From positions 1,313,941 through 1,377,940 of the forward strand of contig BCIN01000003.1 in the NCBI GenBank assembly GCA_039545335.1: DNA of 64,000 nt. Reading direction: 5' to 3'. This document shows positions 1 to 13,094 of the stretch, piece after piece (positions within the stretch are counted from its first letter, which is position 1; every line of letters starts with the position of its first letter). The notes under the pieces were generated by a model. It was not told the origin of the DNA and did not search any database. It saw nothing but the letters and a program-made list of their open reading frames with translations. This stretch comes from Kondoa subrosea (Eukaryota). The translations under genes and the position numbers were made by a program.

Positions 1-751
1 GCAGAATCTCGCTAATTCAAGACTTGTGAATGGCTCGCTCGGAGTTGTGGTAGCCTTTCAGACAGCAGCCGCAGTTTTACAGGCTCAGCACGACCCTGAC
101 GAACCTGAACTGATCATCGCCGAAGCTGAAGCAAGCGCTAGAACCGAAAGAGAAGAGTATGTGAAGATGTTACACAGCATTGGCGAAGAAGAGTCCCAAC
201 TTCCTGCGGGAAATTGGCCTGTAGTTTACTTCCCCAGCACCGGCCAAACGCTCTTGCTTCCTCCTATATCTTTCAGCGTGGAAAACGGCGAAAGCGAGAT
301 CGAAGGAATGAGAGATCAGATACCGCTTATCTTGTCTTGGGCTCTAAGTGTACACAGTAAGCTGCAGCTTGAGCGTCTCCATCCAAGCTGATCCCAGACC
401 AGAATCGCAAGGGCAAACGCTCGAACGTGTCAAAGTACATTGCGTTGCTCCATATTCAGACACGTACTGATGCTCTCTCTTCATCTAGGTTGACCTCAGT
501 CGCACATTCGAGAAGGGCCAGTAAGTCAGAAGCATATTCGGAACGTCTCGCGCTCACTACAAGCAGGGCTTATGTTGCATTATCTCGTGCTACAAGTCTC
601 GACAGCTTACAAGTCAAAGGCTTCCAGCCTGCAAAGGTACAAGCACATCCCTGTAGGCGGAGGTAGCAATTTCCGTCCTGGTCGCTCTTATTGATGCTTT
701 TCGTCTGCTATAGTAGTCATACAATGGTATCGCAAGCACTTTCAATCCTAG
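1..751 (+). CDS. PIF1: Pif1-family 5'-3' DNA helicase, 3' part (5' end outside window)
   Basis: Spliced translation gives VNGSLGVV...[51 protein letters not shown] (Pif1 C-terminal helicase motifs) ending VIQWYRKHFQS*; several short introns. Confidence 0.92.
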
Positions 752-891
752 ATAAGATTGTTGCAGTATAGTAAATAGTAGGGCAGCAGTGTAACAAGAG
801 AAAATCTTTGTAAAATGTCCGATACATTGCATTCGTTTGCCCGCAGATGTTACAAATTCTTCTACACCTTGTCTCCCAAATACAACCTAAC

Positions 892-3385
892 TCAATGACG
901 CTGACCAACAGCCTTCTTCTCCAAGTGAATAGCGACATGTCCAGTCAAGTACTGACTTGCACTGTAAAAAGAAAAAAGAACGTCAGCTTGAAAGCAGAAT
1001 TGCGGAAAGTGAGAACTGACTCTTGCACGAAGAATGCAGTGATCACGCCTAAAATTGCTACCGGCACTATGGCCGCGTAGGTGATCTTGAAAGTGAATTT
1101 GTATGCTTCGATGATAGCGCTGACTGTTGCAGCAGAGATAGCGTCGCTGATTCCAGTGACATCCTTGAAGGCGACGGCAGGTGGTACATGCACGGAAGCA
1201 AGAGGAACTCCTTTGAAGAGAGCAGGCAACGAAGATTCAGGCAAGCCAGCACCAACGGCAGCTGAGGTAACTCGTTTTGCAATTTGTTTCGCTGAGACTT
1301 GGTTGAAGATCTGAAGGAAGATTGTGGATCCGAGAGAGTTACCGATAGATCGCTATCGAATAGAAAAATCTTAGAACCATTGCACATGCAGATTTAAAAT
1401 AAAAACTTACGAAAGAGCCAATGAGACCAACAGCAATACCAAGATCTTTCTGAGGTACGTTGAGAGATGCCACAGTGTAAGCCATGATGAGTGCAAATCC
1501 TAAAACCGAATGTTAGTCATGCAAAGTATATTTTGCAAGAACTTTGGCTCACCGAAACAGCCTCCCACGAAGAAACTGCAAACCGCCAACCAAGCTACCG
1601 AGTTTGTAGTGGTCGTTAGAAGAGCACAAGCGATGAGCTGAATAGTGTTTGCGATGACAAATTGCCAGGTGATTTTCTTCCATTTGTGTAAGAAGATGGG
1701 CAGAATACCACCGCTAAGACCAGCAGCTGCGTTGGGCATAGTGTAGAGACCGATCTTGACGGCGTCGGCAGTTGTCAAGAAGAGCACTTGAAGAGAGACG
1801 AGAATACTTGTACTGTAGCCAAGAGTAAGAACGATTCGTCGCACCGAAGACTCAAGACTTACGGAACGACTGAGCAGATCAACTACGGATTAGCAATGTC
1901 TTCCTATATAGCGAAGACGAGAACATACAAACAAGACCGACTGTGAATAATATGGATTAGATAGTGCATCGTGCAAGCGAGAAAGTAAAACATACCAAGA
2001 ACCATTTGTACAATAAGAACACCGTATCCGCGGAAATCTTTGAACAGGTGCCATGGAAGGACAGGGATAGTTGCAAAGCGAGCATCATAGAAGAAGGCAG
2101 CTCCGATGGAGACGAAACCGAGAACGAGGGGAACCTGTTATAGATCGTCAGTCATGTTGTGCGCCGGGTAGGCAATGCCTTACGATAACTCCAGCAGAAG
2201 CCCAAACGAACAGAGCTCCACCTGAGTTCAGACCGAACAGAACCAGAGTGAGACCACCGATGAAGAGAGTGGCACCAATGAAATCCAGTTGCTTGAAGTG
2301 TTGCATCTTGGTGAGACCATCTTTGCGAGGTTGACTGGGTGGGAAGTAGGTGAGTCCTGTGCCGATGAAGCAGACAGCTCCGAATCCGATTGTGAGGTAG
2401 GTCCAGACATGGAAAGTAGAGTTTTGCAAGATGTAATGAGATAGAAGTGATGCGACGATGGACCAAGTTGCCAAATTCGCTTCAGTGAAAGCAAGAGCAG
2501 CACCACGATATTTGTTTGGTACGATTTCTGCAATGCCTGCGTAACCTGCCGAGCATCCTCCGACAGCAAGACCTGAAGATGTTTAAAATTAGACAATGTC
2601 CACCATCAAAGTGTGAACAGTGCTAACCTAAGATGACTTGTCCAGCGATAAAGACAGGCATAGTATGCGCTGTAGCTCCAACAACCCCTCCAACAATAGT
2701 GAGCAATTCACCAACCAAGACGACCGGACGACGACCGAACACATCACTGGCGAAGATTCAAATCAGCCAGATGCTCTGATTGTACACAAGAAGACTAACC
2801 TGAGTGTACCGGCAATTGTGAAAGAGGCAGCTGCAGCGAGTGACCAAGAACCAACGATCCAAGTGGAAAGTTCCGGCGATCCAAGTGCTTCGGTCAATTG
2901 AGCAGTAACAGGCGCTACTAAGTTGAAACCCATGACACTACACGCCAAAGTCAGCAATGCACACCGGCAGATACAAAAACAGCTTGACTAACATTGGACC
3001 GGTAAGGGAAATACTAAAGATCGATCTCAACACCACACGACAGAGAAAGGCTACTAGATGAGCTTACCCAAGGAACTGCAATACATCGATAAGTTACTTT
3101 TACGAAACGAGCAAGATGCGGGAAACGTACAAAGACTGCCAACAAGACAGTGAATGAAACCTTCTCGTTCGAGTCTGCATCTGCCAATGCAGCAGCGTGA
3201 GGGTCTGTGTAGTCGAGTGGAATATCTAAACCGAAATGATGAGATTGATATAGGGCTCAGACACGCGGTATAAGCTTACCATCTTTGTGCATTCCATGCG
3301 AAATTGAATTGGGAGCATGCTCTAATTGACTGTGGTCGAGCTTGTCTTCGTAAGAAGACTCTTGAACTTCCTTGATAGCAGACAT
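892..3385 (-). CDS. MFS drug:H+ antiporter, fungal trichothecene efflux (TRI12)-like
   Basis: Multiple TM exons (WIVGSWSLAAAASFTIAGT; TYFPPSQPR...LDFIGATLFIGGLTLVLFGL; AYKFTFKITYAAIVPVAILG); start MSAIKEVQ, end HLEKKAVGQRH*; many introns. Confidence 0.8.
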
Positions 3386-4206
3386 AGTGGAGATGAGTTG
3401 GATTAGGTTTGAGGAGCTAAGCAAGGAAGAAGAGGAGAAGTCAAAATAGATGATCTGCGGAGACGGCTTTATTTTATTGGCCAACACTAACACCACCGAC
3501 ACGGGGCCCTGATGGAGAGAAAGGGGGAAGTTGTGGTGGCCGCTTACTTTTTTGATCGCGATCCCCGGCTGATTGGTATTCAAATGTCCGATCGCCCTTT
3601 GAGTCGCAGGCCCAATAGTTAGAAGGACCTTCCAAAGGCAGTCAGCCGCATGCAAGGGCCTTTCTAAGTGTTCAATGGAATAGCTCAAGGACAGCCCAAG
3701 AACTCAACGAATGCTGCAGGCCAGGTCGCCAGGACGCTCAAGCTCGGTGGGCCCCGACATTATTGTTACAGAGATACCAATACAGCCAGCAAGGATGTGC
3801 AATGCAATATGAGTTCACTTTATTCCGCAATGCGCGTGAGAAAACAGAAAAGACTTTCACTCCAATAGCAGGAAGCACGCAATCGCAAGCGAAAGTGAAG
3901 CTTAGAAAGCGAATATCTAGTAGAGCAGAGAAGAACTCAGGAAAAGAAACTATAGCATAAGGCAGTCATCCTGAGGCAGGCGTCTGACAAGGAGTCAAAA
4001 GCATTTTAGAGCGCGCAGCTTGCGGAGTTAGGGAAGGGATTGGAATTCTGTCTTCACATGACCCAACTGTTACAGCTAGATTCGTGGTCAATGAACAGGA
4101 AGCGCTGTCTTCCTTAAAACATTAGCATTCAGGGTTTCTTTCGTCGACGACTTTGTGTAATACCTTTGCTACTCTATATACCTCGCACATTACACATTGA
4201 AGAGCT

Positions 4207-5579
4207 ATGCAAGCCTTCTTTCAAGTGAGAGAGTATCTGTCGCCCGTGTTGAGGGACAGCAAATTCAAAGAAACAGGTCGAGTGACTCGTGCGTGTTTAC
4301 CATCAATGCACCGCATTCAAGCTCATAGACTACTGTCATAGCGGAGGAATTCGTGGCAGCTGGTGATTTCCTCGTGTACAAATTCCCTACTTGGACTTGG
4401 CAATCAGGAGATCCAAGCAAGAAACGAGATTATTTGCCAGCGGACAAGCAATACCTCATCTCGAGAAACGTGCCATGTTTGAGAAGAGTGTCGAATTTGG
4501 TTTACACTGATGCGGATGAGGACGCGGAAACGATGGTTAATGATGAGGAAGGCGATGTAGAAGATTGGGTAGCGACTCATACAAACGGAGGAGGTCAGTA
4601 GAACAGCCTGTTTGTGTGTATTTGTGTGCTAAATAGGATTCACTACATGACAGCTCCAAGTACTGGTCTACCGAATTCGCAATCAATGCCTTCAATGGAC
4701 GAGATTCCAGATTTACTAGATAGTCAAGCGGACGAACTAGTCTCACAAACGTCCAATTTGGCACTAGCAACACATCCAGCCGACAGTAGTATACCAGATA
4801 TGGATGCCATTCCAGACATGGAAGATGAAGGTTTAGAAATCGTTGATGATCCAGCTTCAGAACAAACACCCGCTCAACCCCAAGCTTCTTCCTCTTCTTC
4901 CTCATCTAAACCTAATCCAAACCTTTTAGCAGTAAGAACGTACGACTGTTTCATCACTTACGATAAATACTACCAAACTCCTCGAATGTGGTTATCAGGT
5001 TATGATGAAGTTCGAAACCCATTAACGCCTACCTTGATTTTCCAAGATATTTCAGCAGATTACGCTGCCAAAACAGTCACTATTGAACCTTTTCCTTCGC
5101 TAAGTGGGAACTTGCAAATGGCTAGTGTACATCCTTGCAAACATGCGAATGTGATGAAGAAGGTTATTGATCGAGTTAATGCTGGCTTAGTGGAAGCCCA
5201 GAATGGAAGTGAGGGTGGAAGTGAGAAGGAGAAGAAGAAAGGTTGGGGATTTGGCTTAGGCAAGAAGAGTGCAAGTATTGCGAAACCGAAAGAAGGGGAA
5301 AGTGAGGCTCCAGAAGGGTTGAGAGTGGATCAATGTGAGCGCTTGTCATCTTTCGAAACTATAGACATGAGCTGAAAACGACATTGTCTAGATCTGCTCA
5401 TCTTCCTCAAATTTATGAGCTCAATTGTCAGTGGTTGCTCTTCATTAATAAACGATAAGCCATGCTGACCTTAGTGTCCTTTTATCGTCTAGATGCCGAC
5501 TATAGAGGTAAAGCAGCCAAGCATTTACTCCTTTCGATGCTGATCAATTCCTTAGGTTGATTCGACGACGGCAATGTAG
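4207..5579 (+). CDS. ATG3: Autophagy E2-like conjugating enzyme Atg3
   Basis: [55 protein letters not shown], catalytic SVHPCKHA, ends EVDSTTAM*. Confidence 0.97.
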
Positions 5580-5905
5580 CTGGCTACATTTACGGACTAT
5601 CATTGACAGCAATAGAATATTATGGCATGCATATCAATTATGTACAAGAATGCGATACATCACATTCGTTCGCGATACTTTCGGGCCTGAAGGGTGTGAC
5701 AGACCACATCGACGGTGGCGAGTATATTGACCTTTCTTGCGAATCCCTTCTAACCGAAGAAAGGACTCGAGCACGATTCAATTGGAGAGTGACTTGATGA
5801 TGAATACACGATGTATACACAAATAATATAGACAAGAGCCCAAAAACGCGTCATCCTTCAGACTGAATCGCTGTTAGATGAAGTCTGCATTGAGTCAAAA
5901 TTATG

Positions 5906-7973
5906 TCACTTACAATCCACCTCATCAACCCTGCTGCTCGAAATACTGAAGGCCGGAACAACCCAAGCACCGCAGGAGCACTGTAGACCAGCCCAATCGA
6001 AGTTTCCCAACTTGGCCGCACACTTCTTATCCGGACAAATGAGTTTCCCTCCAAGGACACCAGTATCCAGTTGTTCTGACATCCAACTGAGTGGCTCGAC
6101 GAAGTATGATGAACAAGAGACAGAGCAGAGGAGGGGTGGAGAAGGCGGAGATTTATCTTCTTCCTCATCTTCCTCTATCGCACAATCGTTGGCTTCGGCT
6201 TCTCCAGCTGTCGCAGGAACAGTATCCGGAACTTGGATACATTCTGTAGCTAAAGAAGGAGCAGCTGAAGGCCCAGGAGCAATAGCAGGAGTTGAAGTGA
6301 CTGGCATAGCTACACGCAAAGCACCAAGAACAGCAGCTGGTCTTCGTTCTTGGACAGAAGGAGTGATTGCAGCATTCTTGCGTTTCTCTGCATCCAGTCG
6401 ATGTTGAGCCATATCTCTTCTACGGGGAGCAAAAGCTTGTTGTCCTTTGCCCGGTTCATGCTCAACGATATGTTCTCGAGCAGCTAATTCTCGCCTGTCA
6501 TTGACGGCAAACTTATCAGTAAAAACATTACTGGTGAGAAGAGGCGACTGACCTGCACATCCTACACCTGATCCTTCTTCCTTTGATGACTACTCGTCCT
6601 TGACCAACTTTCAAAAACTTTTCTTTGCCTTCAATCAATTTCCTCGCTTCAGCTCGAATCCCTTCTTTCCGATCCGCTTCAATCCTACTTGGTCTTCTAA
6701 CGATTTTACCCTTTTCCGTTTGCTCATCTTTGACTTTGTTCAACATTTTGACAATTTCAGCTCTTTGATTTCCACCTGTACTTGCCGTCGAAGGTGATCT
6801 TGTTGAAGTCATTGATAATTCCGACGATGCAATAGAACCGAATTCATTAGATAATCTCGATCTTCTTCGGCGAATAGGTTGTCTTTCTTCAGTTGGTGTA
6901 GTGGAAGTCATGCTTAATTCCGATCTTCTTACAGAAGAATTGGAACCACGTCTGGATAAAGTGAAAGGTGAAGCTGTAGTAATTTCAGTTGGTGACAATT
7001 GAGTGGGAGAAGGTAAAGAAGTCATTCGCAAAGAACCAAATGGATCAGAAAGGGATCGTTCACGTGGTGTCATTGCAGGTGAAGGGTAGTAAGCGAGGAA
7101 CATTTGATCCACTGTACCATCGCCTTGCATTATCTCGTTGTGGTTGAAGTTCTGTTCATTGAAAATGGAAATTAGCTGAGGAACAGCTGAATGACCAATC
7201 CAACGAACCATTAAGAAACGACGATATTCTGCATATTTTGCAGGGTCCACGTCATAATTCATTCGCTCATACATCTCAAGCTGATGCAGGAAGAACTCGG
7301 TAGGTTCCACTTGTGAGCGTATAGCAGAAATTTGGGATATAGCCTCTGGCATTTCTTCTGAGGAAAAGGAGCACAGATTTGCAAAGCATGAGCTTACCAT
7401 CAGCAGTAAGAGAGTATTCTCTCATGAGGTAAGCCGCAACAAGTGTAGTACTTCTGCTAACTCCAGCTTGACAATGTACGAGAATGCCTTCATTAGCAGC
7501 TAAAGCTTTCTTGATGATGTCCGAAGTCTCTTCAACATGAGCCAGCATGTTTGTGCGATTCGTATCTTCCACTAGAACGCGATGTAAAGTAAAATCCTGT
7601 GTAACAACCTGACGTCAACAACGTGGTGCATCCAGTCGCAAACATTAAGAAACTTACATCTGGCGCCTTGTATTTCTGTCTCACTATATGGGAGCAGCAG
7701 ATTAGTACAATAATGAACGTGAAAGACATAAGACTTGCTAGCCGCTATAACATGCTTGATGCCCAACTCCCTCAGAATAGGATACTGCTGCGAAGACAAG
7801 AAATCGCCAATCCAAAGGTTGTCGATGATTTGATGCATGTTGAGGGTAACATACTCGTCATCTGAGTCATCGTCCATCAATTCCTCGGGTGCAGGGACTC
7901 TGGCTTCTTCAGCTTCCTCTCCCTCTTCTCTTTCCAACTCCACCGTTTCGCTCTCTCTGAATTGCTCTGCCAT
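5906..7973 (-). CDS. YVH1: Dual-specificity phosphatase with C-terminal zinc-binding domain (Yvh1/DUSP12)
   Basis: Catalytic VHCQAGVSRS; zinc domain RCRMCR...CSSYFVEPLSWM...GKLICPDKKCAAKLGNFDWAGLQCSCGAWVVPAF; exact last exon slightly uncertain. Confidence 0.92.
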
Positions 7974-8219
7974 TGCAAGCAGCAGTTTATGCTGGTGTCA
8001 GGCCTCACTAGCGAGCTCAAGATTGGCCAAAAGAAATGTCGTTGCTAAGGGAAGAAGTACTCGAGAACAATAACATGTTATGACTCGTTTGACTTCTGCG
8101 AGTCTTCTGCGCGGTCTCTATCTCTCTCTCGTTCTTCGTCCATCTTTAGGCTTGATCCATACACCTTCGTTGAAACTAAACCGTATCGAGCTATTCCATG
8201 AGCCTTCTCCTTTGGCCTT

Positions 8220-9530
8220 TTAATCCGCAACTTGCTCAACAGCCCGCTCTACCATTTCCCCCGCCGAATGCTTAGATTTAATAATATCAAACACAACTCC
8301 AACTTTCTTGCAATCCTCTTGCAATTGAGCAAAATTCGATTGTAAAACCCAGAAGAACGTCTGTTCCAATTCTAGCTTCTTAAGGCGAGGGAAAGTTTTC
8401 GTTTTGAGTATCTCAGCAAATTCTTCAAAAAGCCATTCATCGCATTCAGTCAATCTGAGGCAAGTGATAGGAGATTTTGTGAAACGTTTGAAAAAAGAAG
8501 TTGGACATTCTGCTTGCCGAAAAGAGAGTTCGGTGAGTAAAGGTAAGTCGAAGATAGGTCGTTCTTCTTCCGAATCGTATCCGATGGACAGTTCAAGAGT
8601 TTCGAGTGTAGAACCAAAGCGAGAGACTATGCTTTCTACTGAAAGTAAGGAAAGCGGGTGATAAACGAAAATCGCATCCTTCAATTTCTTTGCTGCCCAG
8701 TCGCACGCTCTGGATGTTCTCATCAGTATTCGAAAGCAAAGGGGCGCATCAGAGATGCCCACGCCCAATTGTCGTCGACCGCTCCGCAAGCGCTCAGCCA
8801 AAGCGTTTCCACATGCTCAAGTCCAGCTAAAGCGTTCCTAAGTCTCATCTCTCCCTTGACATGATTCTCTTCAAAGCCAAACAAAGCGACAAACTCCAAA
8901 GCAGGTAATTCTCGTATGATTTCAGCTACAAGAACTTCATCTAATGGTTGTTTGGATCGACGGATTTGTAATTGAGTGAGCGAAGACGTCCTGGATTTGA
9001 TACCTTGACTTAATATAGGACAAGGTGTCCAATCGACAAAAAGCTGCTTGAGTCTTGTACATGCTTGAACAAAGCGACCGATGACTTGAGCTCTTTCTAT
9101 TGGATCGTAAACATCTTTCGTCGGGTCCTCTTTAATTCGTTTAGCTGCCAATTGTATGAGTAGCTGTCCCATCGTATCAATGTAGTGACATACGTTGTTC
9201 TATATATGCCTCAATACCTCGTACGCAATGTAAGTCCGGAGCATAGTGAATCAATTGCTCCGCTATTGCTTGGTTTGTATCCACTTTGAAGATGAATCCA
9301 GAAGCTTGTTCGGTACGACAAAGTTTCCACAAAGTACGACAAGTGACCATCAAGCATTCCGTTGTAGACCAGAAAACCAGAGTATCTTTCGAATGCTTGA
9401 GCTGACCATTAACTGGCTTGCCGTACCATTCATAAGGTAAAGGGCCTTCATTGCATATACTTGAAGCATCCAGTGCGACTTGCCATGCTATGGCAGTCAG
9501 AAGCTCGAGGGGAAGATCCAGCAGGTGCAT
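8220..9530 (-). CDS. F-box-like/LRR-like hypothetical protein
   Basis: N-terminal MHLLDLPLELLTAIA (F-box-like) then LxxLxL repeats; the three ORFs join in frame via two GT-AG introns (about 9146-9194 and 8710-8762). Confidence 0.7.
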
Positions 9531-9908
9531 TGATGTAGGATGGTGGGTGGTCTGTAGCTTGGTATCACCTTGATTGGTATCTGACTCTTAGGGCTATCTT
9601 TTGGTGGTCATTTGGGAAAAGAGTATGCATGCTCCAAAGTCGAAGACTTCCTGCACGTCACCTTCTTCTTTCTGAGCTGGATCTGGCCTTACCAAAGGAG
9701 TCAATGAATCACGCTTTGTTCAGTTTCAATGAAGTTATAATTGACAAAAACCCAAGATGCAACTATGCCATAATAGGGTATTGCGACATGTCAGCCGCAG
9801 AAGTGCGTTGCACCGCATCAATAGTTCCCAAGTGAGTCCAGTATTGTTACAGAGATCGCCTGAGAGCGCGCTCTAAATGAGAAACCGGTTCTGAAACAAA
9901 TGAGGGTA

Positions 9909-10578
9909 TCATCGATCCTGGCAGTAGGCTCAGAGCGTGTTCAATTCATCAGAGATGCTCAGACGTACCAGATTGATAGCATTGCCAAATTTGCCCTTCA
10001 ATATTACTTTCAGCTCTGCCATTCGCTCACGACATTCATCCATCCTTGATGACTTTACTTCCATTTTCGCGTCCAACGCTTCGTTTTGCTTCTGAATCAT
10101 CGTAAGAACTTCAGATACTGGTAGATGCATGAAACAGGAAGCCATTTGATAGCTACACAAGACTTATCAGCGAGTCTCATTCGTGCAAGAATGTCAACTC
10201 ACGGTATTATGTCATCTTCGTCCGCAAGTTCTAGCTCCATGAGAATATCGTCAAGCGCTTCCTTCTCTTCCTGTTCTGATTGTTAGACAGGCGGTCTGCG
10301 CAAAAGACTAGCTCACCTTGTCCTTAACCATTTGCAGTTCCAAGTCTTCTAGCCTGTTGTTGAACTTGCTGAATTCACAAATCTGGGCCTCTATCAATCC
10401 AATGACAACTCAGCCTTTCATCCTCCAAGATTAGCAGCTACTAACGATCCTCTGCTTGTACTTCCACGTCTGCCGTCGTTGCTTCCTCTTCCTTCGTAAG
10501 CTACCCAAAGCATCGCCCTATCAGCCTCTCTAGACCTTGCTGTCCTTGTTTGAGGCGCACCATTCTATTCCGCAACAT
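9909..10578 (-). CDS. GIM3: Prefoldin subunit 4
   Basis: Spliced: MLRNRMLTKEEEATTADVEVQAEDQAQICEFSKFNNRL...ELELADEDDIIPYQMASCFMHLP...LKVILKGKFGNAINLDR*. Confidence 0.92.
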
Positions 10579-10616
10579 CTTTGAATCCGAAGGGTCGACG
10601 TTCTTTGGTAACAGCG

Positions 10617-12932
10617 ATGCCACGATTAGTAATCTACAGAGTTGCAGCGGATCGGCCTGCGATTACAGCTGTCAAAGCAAGATCAGTATTGACTAGCTTA
10701 CTGTCTATCGAAGGGTTACAGAAAGTGAGAGACAAATCATCCCACTTGGATTAGTCCGCTCATTGCAAAACGTTCTCTTTCATAGTTATTATTCTGGTCT
10801 GCTCTTCCTTAAATTCATCTCTCTCTCATTTCATTTCTTATTATCTTCCGCTTTTCTCTCAAAGGTATCTTGTACAACGCTATCTCTTTAAAGGTCTGCG
10901 TCATGTTCGAGCAAGAGGACCAATTAATGTCTGCCTCGATTTCTATTCGGCTACTATGGCGAAATTGTACTCTTATATCTTGAAATTCCCTACTTTAAGA
11001 AAGAAAGTACAAAGAGAATTAGCTATGGCGAGAAGTACGTGTATTCTTTTTTAGATTTCCCGCAATTGTCTATACTTATTGCGAGTGTTGCTAGACGATA
11101 TGGAAGATAAGTTGACAAAGTACGATCCGGATCTAGGTCTTTCAAACAATCTTCGATTACCGGAAGAAGGTAAAGATTTGGAATGGTTGCAAGAAGAGTT
11201 AAAGAAGATGGAAAGACTCAAAGGCGCTTCAGGTTGGAAGGATGGTAAAATCTCTGGCGCAGTATATCACGGAGAAGGAGGGAAGGTGTCAGAAGCCATG
11301 CAAACTGCTATGCTCAAGTATCTGTTATCAAATCGTGCGTGAAGATTTCAGCAGTGCCTTCTCGTACTCAGATAATTCTTCACCGTACAGCTCTACATCC
11401 GGACGTGTTTCCAGAAGTCAGAAAGATGGAAGCTGAACTTATTCGAATGATTTTGGACATGTACAACGCTCCAATTGATGCAGCAGGATCTACAACAAGT
11501 GGAGGAACGGAGTCGATCCTAATGTGCTGTAAGACCTAGTAAATCTCTCTCTTGCCATATGATATTTCTATACTTATTCCCCTATAGTCGAGATTGGGCA
11601 AGAAAGACAAAAGGCATCACCGAGCCTGAGATGTATGCGGGGCATTGCAGCTTCAGTTTAGCAGTGCTGATTGGCGTAACTCTTCTTCCTACAGGGTCAT
11701 CCCAGTTTCTGCTCATGCAGCTTTCGATAAAGCGGCTTCCTACTTCTCCATCAAACTCCACAAGATCCCAGTCGACCCAATCACACGCAAAGTCAATCTC
11801 ACTCGGATGCGTCGAGCGATCAATAAGAATACGATCATGATAGTTGGCAGCGCTTGCAATTTCGGCGATGGTATTATTGATGATATCCCTACCCTCTCTC
11901 AATTGGCCAAGAAGTATGATGTTGGTTTACATGTCGATTGTTGTCTGGGTTCCTTCTTGGTACCTTTCTTGGCTGAAGCAGGCTATGAGACGGAAATGTT
12001 TGATTTCAGGTTTGTGAAAAAATTTAGCATAAGTCTCGCTTTAATACTCGCTTACTCTTCCTGTTTTCAGGTTGGAGGGTGTAACTTCTATATCTTGCGA
12101 TGCGCACAAGGTATTCGCTCGCAATTGCTAGCGCTATTCTTGTCCTTATAATTCTCGTAGTATGGCTTTGCTCCAAAAGGCATCAGCACCATTCTATATC
12201 GTTCGAAAGAACTGCGTCGGTATCAATACTATGTATCAACAGATTGGAACGGAGGTGTCTATGCCAGCCCTTCGATGGCAGGTTCCAGGTCAGCCTCCGG
12301 GATTTGACCTGACTTTTGATGCGACTAACAAAGATTGTGATTTCAGACCTGGCGCAATTATTGCTGGAGCATGGGCGACTTTGATGGTGATCGGTCGACA
12401 AGGCTACATTGACTCCTGTCGGGAAATCGTCGGCGCAAGAAGAACGATCGAAGCCGCTGTTCGGTCAGATATATCTGAACTTCAAGTTATGGGCAAACCA
12501 TTGGTCTCTGTCATCGCTTTCGAATCCTCGGTCGTCGATATCTTGGAAGTAGGAGACTTGATGAGTAAGAAAGGTTGGCATTGTGAGTTTCGTTCTGTCC
12601 AGTCAAAGTCCTGCTAACATGGCATGATAGTGAATGCTTTACAGAACCCTGCTGCTTTACACATTTGCTGCACCAAGCTTACTGTAGCAAATGTCGATTC
12701 CTTCGTCCGAGATCTCAAGGACTGCGTCAGGCAGACTCTCTCGTCAACTGCAACGGACAAAGGTCAGATGGTCAGCTTGTATGGCCTCGGCACTAGCAAC
12801 GCCGCCGGCCCTGCGCTAGTCTCGGAACTTGCATGTGAGTTTTGTATCCTCATCTGCGCTGCGATGAACTGATGTGATGTAGCTATTTACATTGACACAC
12901 TAACACACGTCTCAACAATACCGCCAGCATAA
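10617..12932 (+). CDS. DPL1: Sphingosine-1-phosphate lyase (PLP-dependent)
   Basis: [47 protein letters not shown], spliced [15 protein letters not shown] (PLP lysine); N-terminal TM segment. Confidence 0.95.
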
Positions 12933-13094
12933 GTAAGTGGGTATATATATATGGACATTTGTAAACTTTATGGAGCGTTTCACTATTTCCGACAAATGTA
13001 CGCCATGTAGCATTTTATACTTCAATACGTTATTATTACAGGTGTATACCTTCTATCACGGTCATCTCTGCCATCAGAATACGCAACAATCCCG

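Noticed and set aside
5797..5866. ATGATGA...CTGA spacing resembling a C/D snoRNA
   Set aside because: No convincing terminal stem or rRNA-complementary guide; lies in convergent 3'UTRs
8220..9530. Apparent frameshifted pseudogene (three ORFs in different frames)
   Set aside because: Canonical short GT-AG introns restore one reading frame
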